From the NCBI GenBank assembly GCA_963977445.1, contig CAXBPH010000092.1, forward strand, positions 1 through 23,071: a DNA stretch of 23,071 bases, in the 5' to 3' direction. Positions within the stretch are counted from its first letter, which is position 1. Every line of letters begins with the position of its first letter. The translations under genes were made by a program, and so were the position numbers. Positions 1 through 8,372 of this stretch are shown here, piece after piece. The DNA comes from an uncultured bacterium (GTDB lineage: Bacteria > Hydrogenedentota > Hydrogenedentia > Hydrogenedentales > JAEUWI01). Under the pieces are notes generated by a model, which searched no databases, was not told where the DNA came from, and saw only the letters and a program-made list of their open reading frames with translations.

Positions 1-34
1 AAGCACCTGCAGCGAATATACCAGGGAGAGTGCA

Positions 35-1738
35 ATGGATTTTCAACAACTGGAAGGCGTCAGCGAGGAGCAGCTGCCAATCCCAAAGCACAAGCTCCAC
101 GGTTGGACACACTTTTTGGGGCTCTACGCCGGCGAACATGTAGCGGCCACCGAGTTCGTCATCGGGGCCACATTTGTCGCGCTGGGCGCGCAGACCATGG
201 ATATCCTCCTTGGCCTCCTGCTCGGCAACATCCTCGCAATTTTAAGCTGGACCCTGATCACCGCACCCATTGCCACGCAGACGCGTCTGAGTCTCTATAC
301 CTATCTGGACAAAATCGCGGGCCACTCAATGACCACGCTCTATAACTGGGCGAATGTCATCATTTTCACGGTAATCTCCGCCGCGATGATCACCGTCTCC
401 AGTACGGCCGTTCGATTCCTCTTTAAGATACCTGCCCAGTTGAATTGGTATCCGACCAATGCGTGGTTTGTACTCGTCGTGTTGGCTGTCGGCGCCATCG
501 TTGTCTTCGTCGCCATGTATGGCTTCAACGCTGTATCCGAATTCTCCGGCATCTGTGGCCCCTGGCTCTTTGTCATGTTCACGGCGGGTGCCCTGGTCAT
601 GATGCCGGCCTTGGCCGATGCGGTCTTGGGCAGCACGGTCCTCACCAGTTTTGGCGACTTCATTTCCATCGGAGACCAATCAATCTGGACCGGACTAAAC
701 GCTGCGGGTGAACCCGGCATCGGTCTCCTCGAAGTGATTGGATTCGCCTGGGCTGCCAATACCATCACCCACTTTGGCCTCATCGATATGGCCTTGCTCC
801 GCTATGCAAAAAAGCCAATCTATGGACTCTGCACCAGCTCGGGCATGCTCTTCGGTCACTACATCGCGTGGATAGCCGCCGGCATCATGGGTGCTGCCAC
901 CGCCGTCGTCGTAAAGAAATCCATTATCGAACTGGATCCCGGTGATGTCGCCTATCAGGCCCTGGGGCTCTCCGGGTTTGTCATCGTGCTCGTGGCCGGT
1001 TGGACCACGGCAAATGCGAATCTCTACCGTGCCGGGCTGGCGGCCCAGGCAATCTTTCACAAACATTCTCGAAAACAGACCACCCTGGCCGTGGGCGTCG
1101 TGACGGTAATGGTCGCCTGCTTCCCCTTCGTCTTCACCAAAATGCTTCCCCTCCTCACCTACGCCGGGCTCCTCGTCGTACCAGTTGGCGCTATCGTTTT
1201 TACCGAGCATGTCATATTTCCACGCATCGGATTTAGCCGCTACTGGGCAAGCTATAAAAAGTTATCCCACAGCACCCCCGCAGTAGCCTCCTGGGGTGTG
1301 GGTCTCGCATTCGGTTTTGGATTGAATACCCTGGACGTCATGTCGTTTTACTACCTTTTCCTCCCCACGTGGGTCGTTACAATTGTCACCTACACCGTAC
1401 TGGCCCGGCACTATGGCGCAGCGAAAGCCTACCCGGCCGAGCAAGCGGCAATGGAAGAAAAAGACCAGCTGGTTGCGGCTTTCCACGATCACCAGGCCGA
1501 GATAGCGCAACCTATCGTCGCGGATACGTCCATCCTATCCAGGGCCTTGCATTGGATTGCTCGCATCAGCCTGGCCGTCACGCTGATTCTCGCACTGAGT
1601 ACCATGTTCCGAAGCCCCGACATGGCGGTCTACCTCGACAACCGAGACATTTTCTATCGCTATGGTTTTATATGCACCTTGGCTTATTTTATCGCCGCCT
1701 ACTGGGCTCTCCGTCGAAAAAAAGCCCTTCAAGCCTAA
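35..1738 (+). CDS. NCS1 (purine-cytosine permease-like) family secondary transporter, 567 aa; possibly a polyol/sugar transporter by context
   Basis: About 12-14 hydrophobic segments; NCS1-like motifs (GEHVAATEFVIGA near the N-terminus, GWTTANANLYRAGLA); GGGAG RBS before ATG 35; 21 bp from the downstream dehydrogenase gene. Confidence 0.8.
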   Translation: MDFQQLEGVSEEQLPIPKHKLHGWTHFLGLYAGEHVAATEFVIGATFVALGAQTMDILLGLLLGNILAILSWTLITAPIATQTRLSLYTYLDKIAGHSMTTLYNWANVIIFTVISAAMITVSSTAVRFLFKIPAQLNWYPTNAWFVLVVLAVGAIVVFVAMYGFNAVSEFSGICGPWLFVMFTAGALVMMPALADAVLGSTVLTSFGDFISIGDQSIWTGLNAAGEPGIGLLEVIGFAWAANTITHFGLIDMALLRYAKKPIYGLCTSSGMLFGHYIAWIAAGIMGAATAVVVKKSIIELDPGDVAYQALGLSGFVIVLVAGWTTANANLYRAGLAAQAIFHKHSRKQTTLAVGVVTVMVACFPFVFTKMLPLLTYAGLLVVPVGAIVFTEHVIFPRIGFSRYWASYKKLSHSTPAVASWGVGLAFGFGLNTLDVMSFYYLFLPTWVVTIVTYTVLARHYGAAKAYPAEQAAMEEKDQLVAAFHDHQAEIAQPIVADTSILSRALHWIARISLAVTLILALSTMFRSPDMAVYLDNRDIFYRYGFICTLAYFIAAYWALRRKKALQA

Positions 1739-1759
1739 TTTACACTCGGGAATATCCTT

Positions 1760-3256
1760 ATGAAAACTCTCATCCGATTGAATCAGCAAAACCTCCCGCA
1801 GCTGCCCGAATCTATAAAACGGCCCACCTACGACCGAAGCAACGTCACCGCAGGCATCATGCATATCGGCGTCGGTGGCTTTCACCGCTCCCACGAGGCC
1901 TGCTACACCGACGACCTTCTGGGCACCACCCAGGCCACCGACTGGGGTATCTGTGGGGTCGGATTGCGGGAAGCGGATCGCAAGATTGCGGATGTCCTGA
2001 AACGCCAGGATTACCTCTATACGCTAATCGTAAAACACCCCGACGGCCGCATAGAAAATCGCGTCATCGGCTCGCTGATTGATTTCATGCTCGGATGCGA
2101 CAACCCCGCCGCCGTCACAGACCGGATGGCCGCTGAGTCGACGAAGATAGTCTCGCTTACAATCACGGAAGGCGGCTACAACTTCGACCAAGTTACCGGT
2201 GAGTTCGATTTTGAGAATCCTGACATAGTTCATGACCTCACGAATCGCGAAAGTCCGAAAACCGTTTTCGGTTATCTCACCGAAGCCCTGCGAAAACGTC
2301 GTGCCGCCGAACTGCCGGCCTTCACCATTCAATCCTGTGACAACATTCAACACAACGGCAAGATGACACGCAACACGTTGGTCGCCTTCACCCGTAAGCA
2401 AGATCCTGCGCTGGCGGAATGGATCGAGCGTGAAGTGTGTTTTCCGAATGCGATGGTCGACCGAATCACCCCCGTGACCACGCCGGCAGACATCGAAACG
2501 CTGGAGGCCCACTCAGGCGTAAAAGATGAGTGGCCGGTCACCTGTGAACCCTTTCGCCAGTGGGTCATTGAAGACACTTTCTCCAACGGAAGGCCCCCGT
2601 GGGAAACGGTCGGGGTGCAATTTGTACCGGACGTGACCCCCTACGAAACAATGAAGATTCGTCTACTCAACGCGGGCCATTCCGTGCTCGGACTACTGGG
2701 CTCGATTCATGGGCACGAGACCATCGACGGCTGCGTGGCCGATCCCCTCTTTGCAACCTACCTCCGACGCTTCATGGATCATGAGGTGACACCGGTCCTG
2801 GCGCCCGTCGAAGGCATCGACCTGGAGGACTACAAGGATTCCCTCATCGCCCGCTTCGGCAACCCGAACATCAAGGACAACCTCGCGCGGATATGTTTGG
2901 AAAGCTCGGCCAAAATGCCGAAGTTTATCCTCCCGACGATAACCGAAAATCTGGCCCGGGGCGGAAGCACCGAATATGCCGCCCTGGTGCTCGCCGCCTG
3001 GTGCTATTATTCCGACAAAGGGCTGAGCAAGAATGGGAAAAAGCTCGATATCGTCGATGCAATGAAGGAAGCCCTTCACAAAGCAGCCGCCGAAACGCCC
3101 CGCGACAAGCTCGCATTCCTCAAGCTTGAATCGGTCTTTGGGAACCTCGCCCAGGAAAAAGCCTTCACCGAAAAATACATCCCCATGGTTGAGGCGCTCT
3201 ATGAAAACCCCGACATCGCACAGCAGATGCAAGCACTCCTCTTTGGCCGTGAATAG
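1760..3256 (+). CDS. mtlK: Mannitol dehydrogenase family protein (likely mannitol 2-dehydrogenase; polyol-specific long-chain dehydrogenase)
   Basis: HIGVGGFHRSHEA Rossmann motif, SLTITEGGY, SCDN, FPNAMVDRITP and catalytic-Lys region YETMKIRLLNAGH. Substrate (mannitol vs arabitol or mannonate) is not provable from sequence. Confidence 0.88.
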   Translation: MKTLIRLNQQNLPQLPESIKRPTYDRSNVTAGIMHIGVGGFHRSHEACYTDDLLGTTQATDWGICGVGLREADRKIADVLKRQDYLYTLIVKHPDGRIENRVIGSLIDFMLGCDNPAAVTDRMAAESTKIVSLTITEGGYNFDQVTGEFDFENPDIVHDLTNRESPKTVFGYLTEALRKRRAAELPAFTIQSCDNIQHNGKMTRNTLVAFTRKQDPALAEWIEREVCFPNAMVDRITPVTTPADIETLEAHSGVKDEWPVTCEPFRQWVIEDTFSNGRPPWETVGVQFVPDVTPYETMKIRLLNAGHSVLGLLGSIHGHETIDGCVADPLFATYLRRFMDHEVTPVLAPVEGIDLEDYKDSLIARFGNPNIKDNLARICLESSAKMPKFILPTITENLARGGSTEYAALVLAAWCYYSDKGLSKNGKKLDIVDAMKEALHKAAAETPRDKLAFLKLESVFGNLAQEKAFTEKYIPMVEALYENPDIAQQMQALLFGRE

Positions 3257-3358
3257 ACTGCGGACTCGGAACCTCCCGTCGCGCACACCACACGATAGCG
3301 CCATGGCATTAACACCAGAACCGATGCGCGTCAATGAACCCAACAGGATGAATACGCC

Positions 3359-4180
3359 ATGCCAGAGTACACCGTGATACGCGTAGAGCGCAGTGGACAC
3401 GTCGCCGAAGTGGTGTTAAACAACCCCGAACGGCTCAACGCCATGGCACCGGTTTTCTTCCTCGAAATTGCCGCCGCATTTCGTGAACTCGACAAAGACC
3501 CCGAGATTCGCGCCATCGTCCTCAGGGCCGAAGGCAAGCTCTTCACGGCGGGACTCGACTTGAAAGCGGCGGCGGCGAATTTGATGTCGACCGACGACGC
3601 TATCAGCAAGGGTGCTGCCGCGACGGCGTTCTTTCAATTCGTCCGCGATTGGCAAGACAGTTTTTCTACCCTGGAACGGTGTCGCAAGCCCGTCGTCGCA
3701 GCCGTTCACGGCCATTGCATCGGCGGCGGCGTGGATCTCTGCACCGCGGCAGACATTCGGCTGTGCACGAGCGACGCCACCTTCAGCATCATGGAAACCA
3801 AGATTGCCATGGTCGCCGACCTGGGCACACTACAACGGATCACAGCTATCGTCGGCAAAGGCCTCGCACGGGAAATGGCCTACACCGGCAATCGCATAAC
3901 GGCGGACCGCGCCCATCATTTCGGCCTCGTAAACGAAGTCTACGAGACGAAGGACGAACTCCTCACTGCCGCCTGGGCCCTGGCGGGCGACATCGCTGCC
4001 AACTCCCCCCTCGCCGTCCAGGGGGTGAAGCAGGTACTCCAGTATTCCGAAGAGCACAGTATCCAGGAAGGCCTGGATTTCGTCGCCCACTGGAATACGT
4101 CCCGCATCCACACCCACGACCTCATGGAAGCCATCATGGCCTTCATGGAAAAACGAGAACCGGAATTTAAGGGGCAGTAG
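3359..4180 (+). CDS. Enoyl-CoA hydratase/isomerase (crotonase), delta3,5-delta2,4-dienoyl-CoA isomerase-like subgroup
   Basis: LNNPERLNAM, FTAGLDL, KPVVAAVHGHCIGGGVDL, ETKIAMVADLGTLQRI and C-terminal AFMEKREPEFKG. Confidence 0.92.
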   Translation: MPEYTVIRVERSGHVAEVVLNNPERLNAMAPVFFLEIAAAFRELDKDPEIRAIVLRAEGKLFTAGLDLKAAAANLMSTDDAISKGAAATAFFQFVRDWQDSFSTLERCRKPVVAAVHGHCIGGGVDLCTAADIRLCTSDATFSIMETKIAMVADLGTLQRITAIVGKGLAREMAYTGNRITADRAHHFGLVNEVYETKDELLTAAWALAGDIAANSPLAVQGVKQVLQYSEEHSIQEGLDFVAHWNTSRIHTHDLMEAIMAFMEKREPEFKGQ

Positions 4181-4241
4181 GTCAACGTCGACATGCCGTA
4201 CGTGGCGACTGGAACACTTGGTCCTGCCTGCTCGAAAAAAG

Positions 4242-4396
4242 GCCACGCTAGTCGTGCCGCGCGATCCCCAAAAGGCGAGTAGAGACGAGTCCTGATGGGT
4301 CGTAGACTCGCCGTGGAGAGTTCGTGCGCAACGTGTCGCGGTCACACCATTCGCACGAACCCTCGTACCTCGGGATCGCGCGGCACGTGCGTTGGC
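4242..4396. repeat. Palindromic three-way-junction element between convergent genes
   Basis: Perfect 16-bp arms CGTGCCGCGCGATCCC (4253-4268) / GGGATCGCGCGGCACG (4372-4387) enclosing hairpins 4274-4312 and 4316-4364. Confidence 0.7.
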
Positions 4397-4434
4397 AAAT
4401 CTCATGCCTTTTGAAACATCGGACTACAGCTCAA

Positions 4435-5796
4435 CTACACGCCGAGATCAGGCAACTCCCACCCCTTCCGGAACGTAGGCTTGATGAACTCGTTCGCCTG
4501 CTCGTTGTTGGTGAAACGCATATTCTTACCGTCCCACAGCAGCCTTTCGTTGGGGAAGCGCCAGCTGATGGTGCCCAGTAGGATCCACTCCGTGTAAGGC
4601 GCGGCGATACTGAAGTTGGAGCAGGGCGTCCCGCCACTCTTACAGGAGGTAATCCAGTCCTCATAGTGACCCGGCGAGCGCTCGAGCACCTGGGGCGGCA
4701 GGGTATAGCCGTCCATCTTGGATTTCGGCAGGAGACTCACCGCTTCACCCCGGCCTTTGGTCCCCATGTGACCTTTGCTACCGACGAACACCACGTTGAA
4801 ACGATCGAGATCCGCTGCCGTCAGGCCTTCAGGCGGTGTAAAAAGGCTCGCCGCATTGCCGTCATACCAATAGATCGTGACGGGGGGCATTGTACCCGCA
4901 GGCACATATTTGTTCGGCCGCTCGGGAAACACCATCTTTACGGCATAGTGGGGAAAGGTCACCGGGTTCACCCCTTCGACCGAAAAACACTCCACACTTT
5001 CCGGGCTGCCCAATTGAAGGGCCCAGTTCGCCGGTCCCAACATGTGGATGCCCCAGTCGCCAATCATCTGAGAGCCATACTCCAGGAAACCCCGCCAGTT
5101 CGAGGGGTGGATCTGCGCGCTATAGGGGTGCTCCTGGGCGCGCCCCGTCCAGAGGTCCCAGTTCAAGGTATTCGGCGTCACCTCGCCCGTGGGCCATGCG
5201 GTGACATCCCGGGCGAAGCCACCATTGTGCATGGAATGGACCTCCGTGACGTCCCCGATTTCGCCATTCCAGATAATCTCGCAGGCCACCCGCGTCGCTT
5301 CCGCTGAGTAGCCCTGGTTACCCATCTGGGTCACCACGTTATACTTCTGCGCGGCCTTCGTGAGCAAACGGGCCTCCCACACACTCTGGGTGAGGGGTTT
5401 CTGGCAATAGACATTGACGCCCAACTCCATCGCCCGCAATGCCACGCTCGCGTGCATGTGATCGGGAATCGTGATGGTAATACCATCCAGGTTCTTGTGC
5501 TCCTTGTCGAGCATCTCCCGATAATCCCGATAGAGCTTGGCCTTCGGAAAACGTTCCGCCGCCTTAAGCAGGAAGGTCTCATCCACATCGCAAAGGGCAT
5601 AGATGTTTTCCGAGCTCACGTGTTGGACGTCATACATACCCTGCATGCCCCCCACACCCACGCAACCAATGTTCATCTTGTCACTTGGGGCCGTAACGCC
5701 CGGCGCCGCCAATACATGACGAGGGACAATGGAAAAACCGGCCAATGCCACAGTCGAGGCAACGAAATCACGGCGGCTAAGGGTGCGTTTGTTCAT
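4435..5796 (-). CDS. Tat-exported Gfo/Idh/MocA family oxidoreductase
   Basis: Likely start ATG 5796 (GGAG RBS upstream), giving twin-arginine signal MNKRTLSRRDFVAST; IGCVGVGGMQG, PDHMH, VYCQKPL, TQMGNQG and GDWGIH motifs. The track's 5895 start looks over-extended. Confidence 0.93.
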   Translation of the reverse strand: MNKRTLSRRDFVASTVALAGFSIVPRHVLAAPGVTAPSDKMNIGCVGVGGMQGMYDVQHVSSENIYALCDVDETFLLKAAERFPKAKLYRDYREMLDKEHKNLDGITITIPDHMHASVALRAMELGVNVYCQKPLTQSVWEARLLTKAAQKYNVVTQMGNQGYSAEATRVACEIIWNGEIGDVTEVHSMHNGGFARDVTAWPTGEVTPNTLNWDLWTGRAQEHPYSAQIHPSNWRGFLEYGSQMIGDWGIHMLGPANWALQLGSPESVECFSVEGVNPVTFPHYAVKMVFPERPNKYVPAGTMPPVTIYWYDGNAASLFTPPEGLTAADLDRFNVVFVGSKGHMGTKGRGEAVSLLPKSKMDGYTLPPQVLERSPGHYEDWITSCKSGGTPCSNFSIAAPYTEWILLGTISWRFPNERLLWDGKNMRFTNNEQANEFIKPTFRKGWELPDLGV

Positions 5797-5934
5797 GGGA
5801 CTATCTCCAGCGATGGGGCTATGGGTTATCCGGAAACTATATACCCTCGACCAATTTGATCGCAACGCACATCCAGGCCCAAGGGTGTTGAGCATTCCCG
5901 CCCCCCTGTAATGACCGGCCCGACAGAAAAATCA

Positions 5935-5976
5935 CCAACAGGAGGTTGGGCATTCCTGCCCAACACAAAAGGCACG
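5935..5976. repeat. REP-like palindrome (GTTGGGC-ATTCCT-GCCCAAC), same family as 14288-14468; degenerate copy near 5883-5906
   Basis: 7-bp stem with ATTCCT loop; flanks CCAACAGG and ACACAAAAG(G/A)CACG are shared with the 14.3-14.5 kb copies. Confidence 0.75.
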
Positions 5977-6098
5977 CAAGACACAAAGCCCACTAGAACG
6001 TGAAGGTCACCACACGATCGACATCCAGGTACAATAAAAAGCACCTCCAACCCAAAGCCCCCCCCAGCCCCCAACAACTGCAACGCCCGCGCACCATC

Positions 6099-6292
6099 TA
6101 TAGAGGTGGTCCATGGTGAATGTCCGATCAGACGTTCACGCCATGTTCGCACGCAACGCTCAACAGGCAATGCTTGGCAGACTACACGGCAGGTCGATAA
6201 GGTGCCGTAGCGGGTATACCGGTTACCCCGTCCAGTCTTCGCCAGACACCCTGTAGAACGTGCGTGCCCTTGGCAAACCAGGGACCACTATA
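6099..6292 (+). ncRNA. Candidate multibranched structured RNA or DNA element of about 190 nt, family not recognised
   Basis: Nested stems found by hand: 6106-6112/6282-6288; hairpin 6113-6144; long interrupted helix 6149-6183/6234-6267 capped by hairpins 6186-6208 and 6211-6230; short hairpin 6269-6282. G-U wobbles fall on the + strand. Confidence 0.45.
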
Positions 6293-6470
6293 ATTTGTCC
6301 GGCGCCGGACATCCTTCCAAATCAACGGCGACCTCAAACTGTGCAATCCCTTCCTTCCCATGATCTATCTTGGGAACGTGCCCCCAACGGGACTGCCTTC
6401 ACGCAGCCGCCCCTCCAATCAGGGCAACAATCCCACCGCCATCCCCACGCTCCAAAAATACAAAAGCCCA

Positions 6471-6653
6471 CCCAACGCGTGAGGCTGTACCGGCCGTGTT
6501 GATGAATCGACGCTACTCAGCGAAACCCCACGACACTACATACTGCCGGTACCGTCTCCGCCTGCGGCACATCTACGACCTTATCCGCCCGAGGCGTATA
6601 CGATGACAGTCCCGAATGGCGCGCGAGCCCCGTCTACTGAAGCCGTGATCACC
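6471..6653 (+). repeat. 183-bp hairpin-rich direct repeat, copy 1 (more degenerate)
   Basis: Aligns with 9119-9301 (hand count 104/132 identities over the core from CGTGAGG to GATGACAG). Shared blocks: CGTGAGGCTGTACCGGC, TACTGCCGGTAC, GTCTCCGCCTGCG, ACCTTATCCGCC, GATGACAG. Confidence 0.9.
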
Positions 6654-6754
6654 TTCCGCACCTGAAAGACCCGTAAGTTGCCGTGTGTATGGACTTCGGG
6701 CAATGGAAAGCCACTGTCCCGAACGTGATTTATCTACTAGCATAGCGCTATATT

Positions 6755-6775
6755 TGAACATTTATAATATGTTCA
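6755..6775. promoter_or_regulatory. Operator-like palindrome TGAACAT-N7-ATGTTCA with TATAAT in the spacer
   Basis: Perfect 7-bp inverted repeat in an AT-rich patch; spacer TTATAAT contains a -10 consensus; no clear -35. Confidence 0.4.
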
Positions 6776-7082
6776 TAGCTATTCCGACCAATAAAGCGTA
6801 TACTAACAATTCCTTAACAAAACGACAGTTCCCACAGCTCCTCCATCTTGTTGTGCTTTCTGCCTTCCCAATTCAGAAACAAACAAGATACACAATTACT
6901 CCTCCTTTTCAATGGGTCGGAGTAATTCGATACGCTCCTATCCCGCCGTGTCAGGGCCGTTCTTTTCATTGCAGAGCGTTCCTGAAATCGCGTAAAGCAC
7001 TCTATTTTGCTCACCCGTTTCGATCGTGGTCATAAAGATCACGACCGCCACCTTGGGTGTGCCAAGCAGGAGACCGCATATC

Positions 7083-7211
7083 ATGGGAGACAAGAGCCCC
7101 AAGAGTAAGAACAAAGATAAGAAACAGAAGTCCGTACAAGTAGCCAAAGACAAGAAAAAGAATCAGGCCAAGCAGGACCCGTCCAGCTTGACCGGCATGT
7201 CCAAGAACTAG
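7083..7211 (+). CDS. Small Lys-rich basic protein, 42 aa (MGDKSPKSKNKDKKQKSVQVAKDKKKNQAKQDPSSLTGMSKN)
   Basis: AGGAG RBS 10 nt upstream of ATG 7083; Lys almost always encoded by AAG, matching host codon bias. Confidence 0.7.
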   Translation: MGDKSPKSKNKDKKQKSVQVAKDKKKNQAKQDPSSLTGMSKN

Positions 7212-7418
7212 CCCCGGGTATCCCGACGGACGACGTCCTATTGCCCCAGCCCATCACCACGATGTACCCACCACCCTGCCAACGCAGCATGGCCCGCCAC
7301 CTGTCACGCGGGCGATCCTGCGGGAGCGACATTTCCGCTCCCCCCTGTCCAGCCCCAGCCATTTTGGCTGAGCGCGGACATTTCATAACACGCTTTTAAA
7401 GCGAAGAAAAGAGCTAGT

Positions 7419-8366
7419 TTGCGCAACGCTTCCCGAACTGAAACAAGTTCATCGAAAACACAACTAAGTAATGACGCCCTATTCCAGTCAGGGCCCGATC
7501 ACTTGCGGGTGGTCAATCAGGAAGACCTGAGCTCTTCCTCAACCGCACTGGCCTCTCCCGATCAACCCATACAAACGGCAGTAATTCTCGCGGCCGGCAT
7601 GGGCATTCGCCTGAAAGAGCGCACCAAACTGACTCCCAAGAGCTGTTTGCGCCTCGGGGGAAAATCCATTATCGAAGAGTCCATTCTTCGTCTTCTCGAT
7701 GTCGGCATCGAGCGCATCGTCATCGTCACCGGCCACCTCGCCGAGCAGTTCATCCCCCTGAGAGACCGATACAGCGACTCCGTGGAACTGGCACACAACG
7801 AACACTTTGCCGATTCGGGCACCCTGTACTCCCTCTATTGCGCCCGCGAATACGTTGACGGCTCCTTCTTGCTGCTGGAAGCGGATCTCGTCTACGAACG
7901 GCGCGCACTCACGGCATGCCTGGAAGACCCCTGCGACAACGCCCTGTTGCTCTCCGGCTTTACGAACACGAGCGATGAATATTTTGTCGAGACCCTAAAC
8001 GACGAGTTGCTTGCGATTTCCACGAAGCGCGAAAGTCTGGGTGCGGAGGTGCCGGGCGAGATGATGGGTATCTCCAAGGTCTCCCATTCCCTCTTTGAAG
8101 ACATGGTGGACACGGCAGACGAGCGCTTCGACGAAACACGTCACCTCAACTACGAAGTAGATTGGCTCGTTCCTGCCGCACGGGAAGTTTCCATCGCGTG
8201 CCCCGTGGTGGATGATCTGGTGTGGTGCGAGATTGACGATGAATCGCAACTCGCCCACGCGCGGGATAACATCTATCCAATCGTCTCCCGGCTAGACAAG
8301 GCCTGTGAAACGCGGGTCAGCATCCCCCATCAGGCCACCCTCAGCAAAATCCGTTCCGCTGGATAA
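7419..8366 (+). CDS. LicC-like NTP transferase (phosphocholine/phosphonate/sugar-phosphate cytidylyltransferase family); start uncertain (TTG 7419 or GTG 7509)
   Basis: AVILAAGMGIRL...PKSCL, IVIVTGH, GTLYSL, LLLEADLVY and WCEIDDESQL motifs. Confidence 0.85.
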   Translation: MRNASRTETSSSKTQLSNDALFQSGPDHLRVVNQEDLSSSSTALASPDQPIQTAVILAAGMGIRLKERTKLTPKSCLRLGGKSIIEESILRLLDVGIERIVIVTGHLAEQFIPLRDRYSDSVELAHNEHFADSGTLYSLYCAREYVDGSFLLLEADLVYERRALTACLEDPCDNALLLSGFTNTSDEYFVETLNDELLAISTKRESLGAEVPGEMMGISKVSHSLFEDMVDTADERFDETRHLNYEVDWLVPAAREVSIACPVVDDLVWCEIDDESQLAHARDNIYPIVSRLDKACETRVSIPHQATLSKIRSAG

Positions 8367-8372
8367 TTCGTT

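Noticed and set aside
4285..4312. Hammerhead ribozyme suggested by CTGATG
   Set aside because: It reads CTGATGG rather than CTGANGA, and no correctly placed GAAA core follows.
6099..6292. SRP RNA, 6S RNA or lysine riboswitch
   Set aside because: CAGG is present but the SRP GNRA loop and AGCA partner are absent. The fold is branched rather than a 6S rod. Only the initial AGAGGT resembles the lysine riboswitch.
6260..7035. Short ORFs in the 5.9-7.1 kb and 9.2-9.6 kb intergenic regions
   Set aside because: No RBS or motifs; they overlap repeats whose two copies differ by frame-breaking indels.
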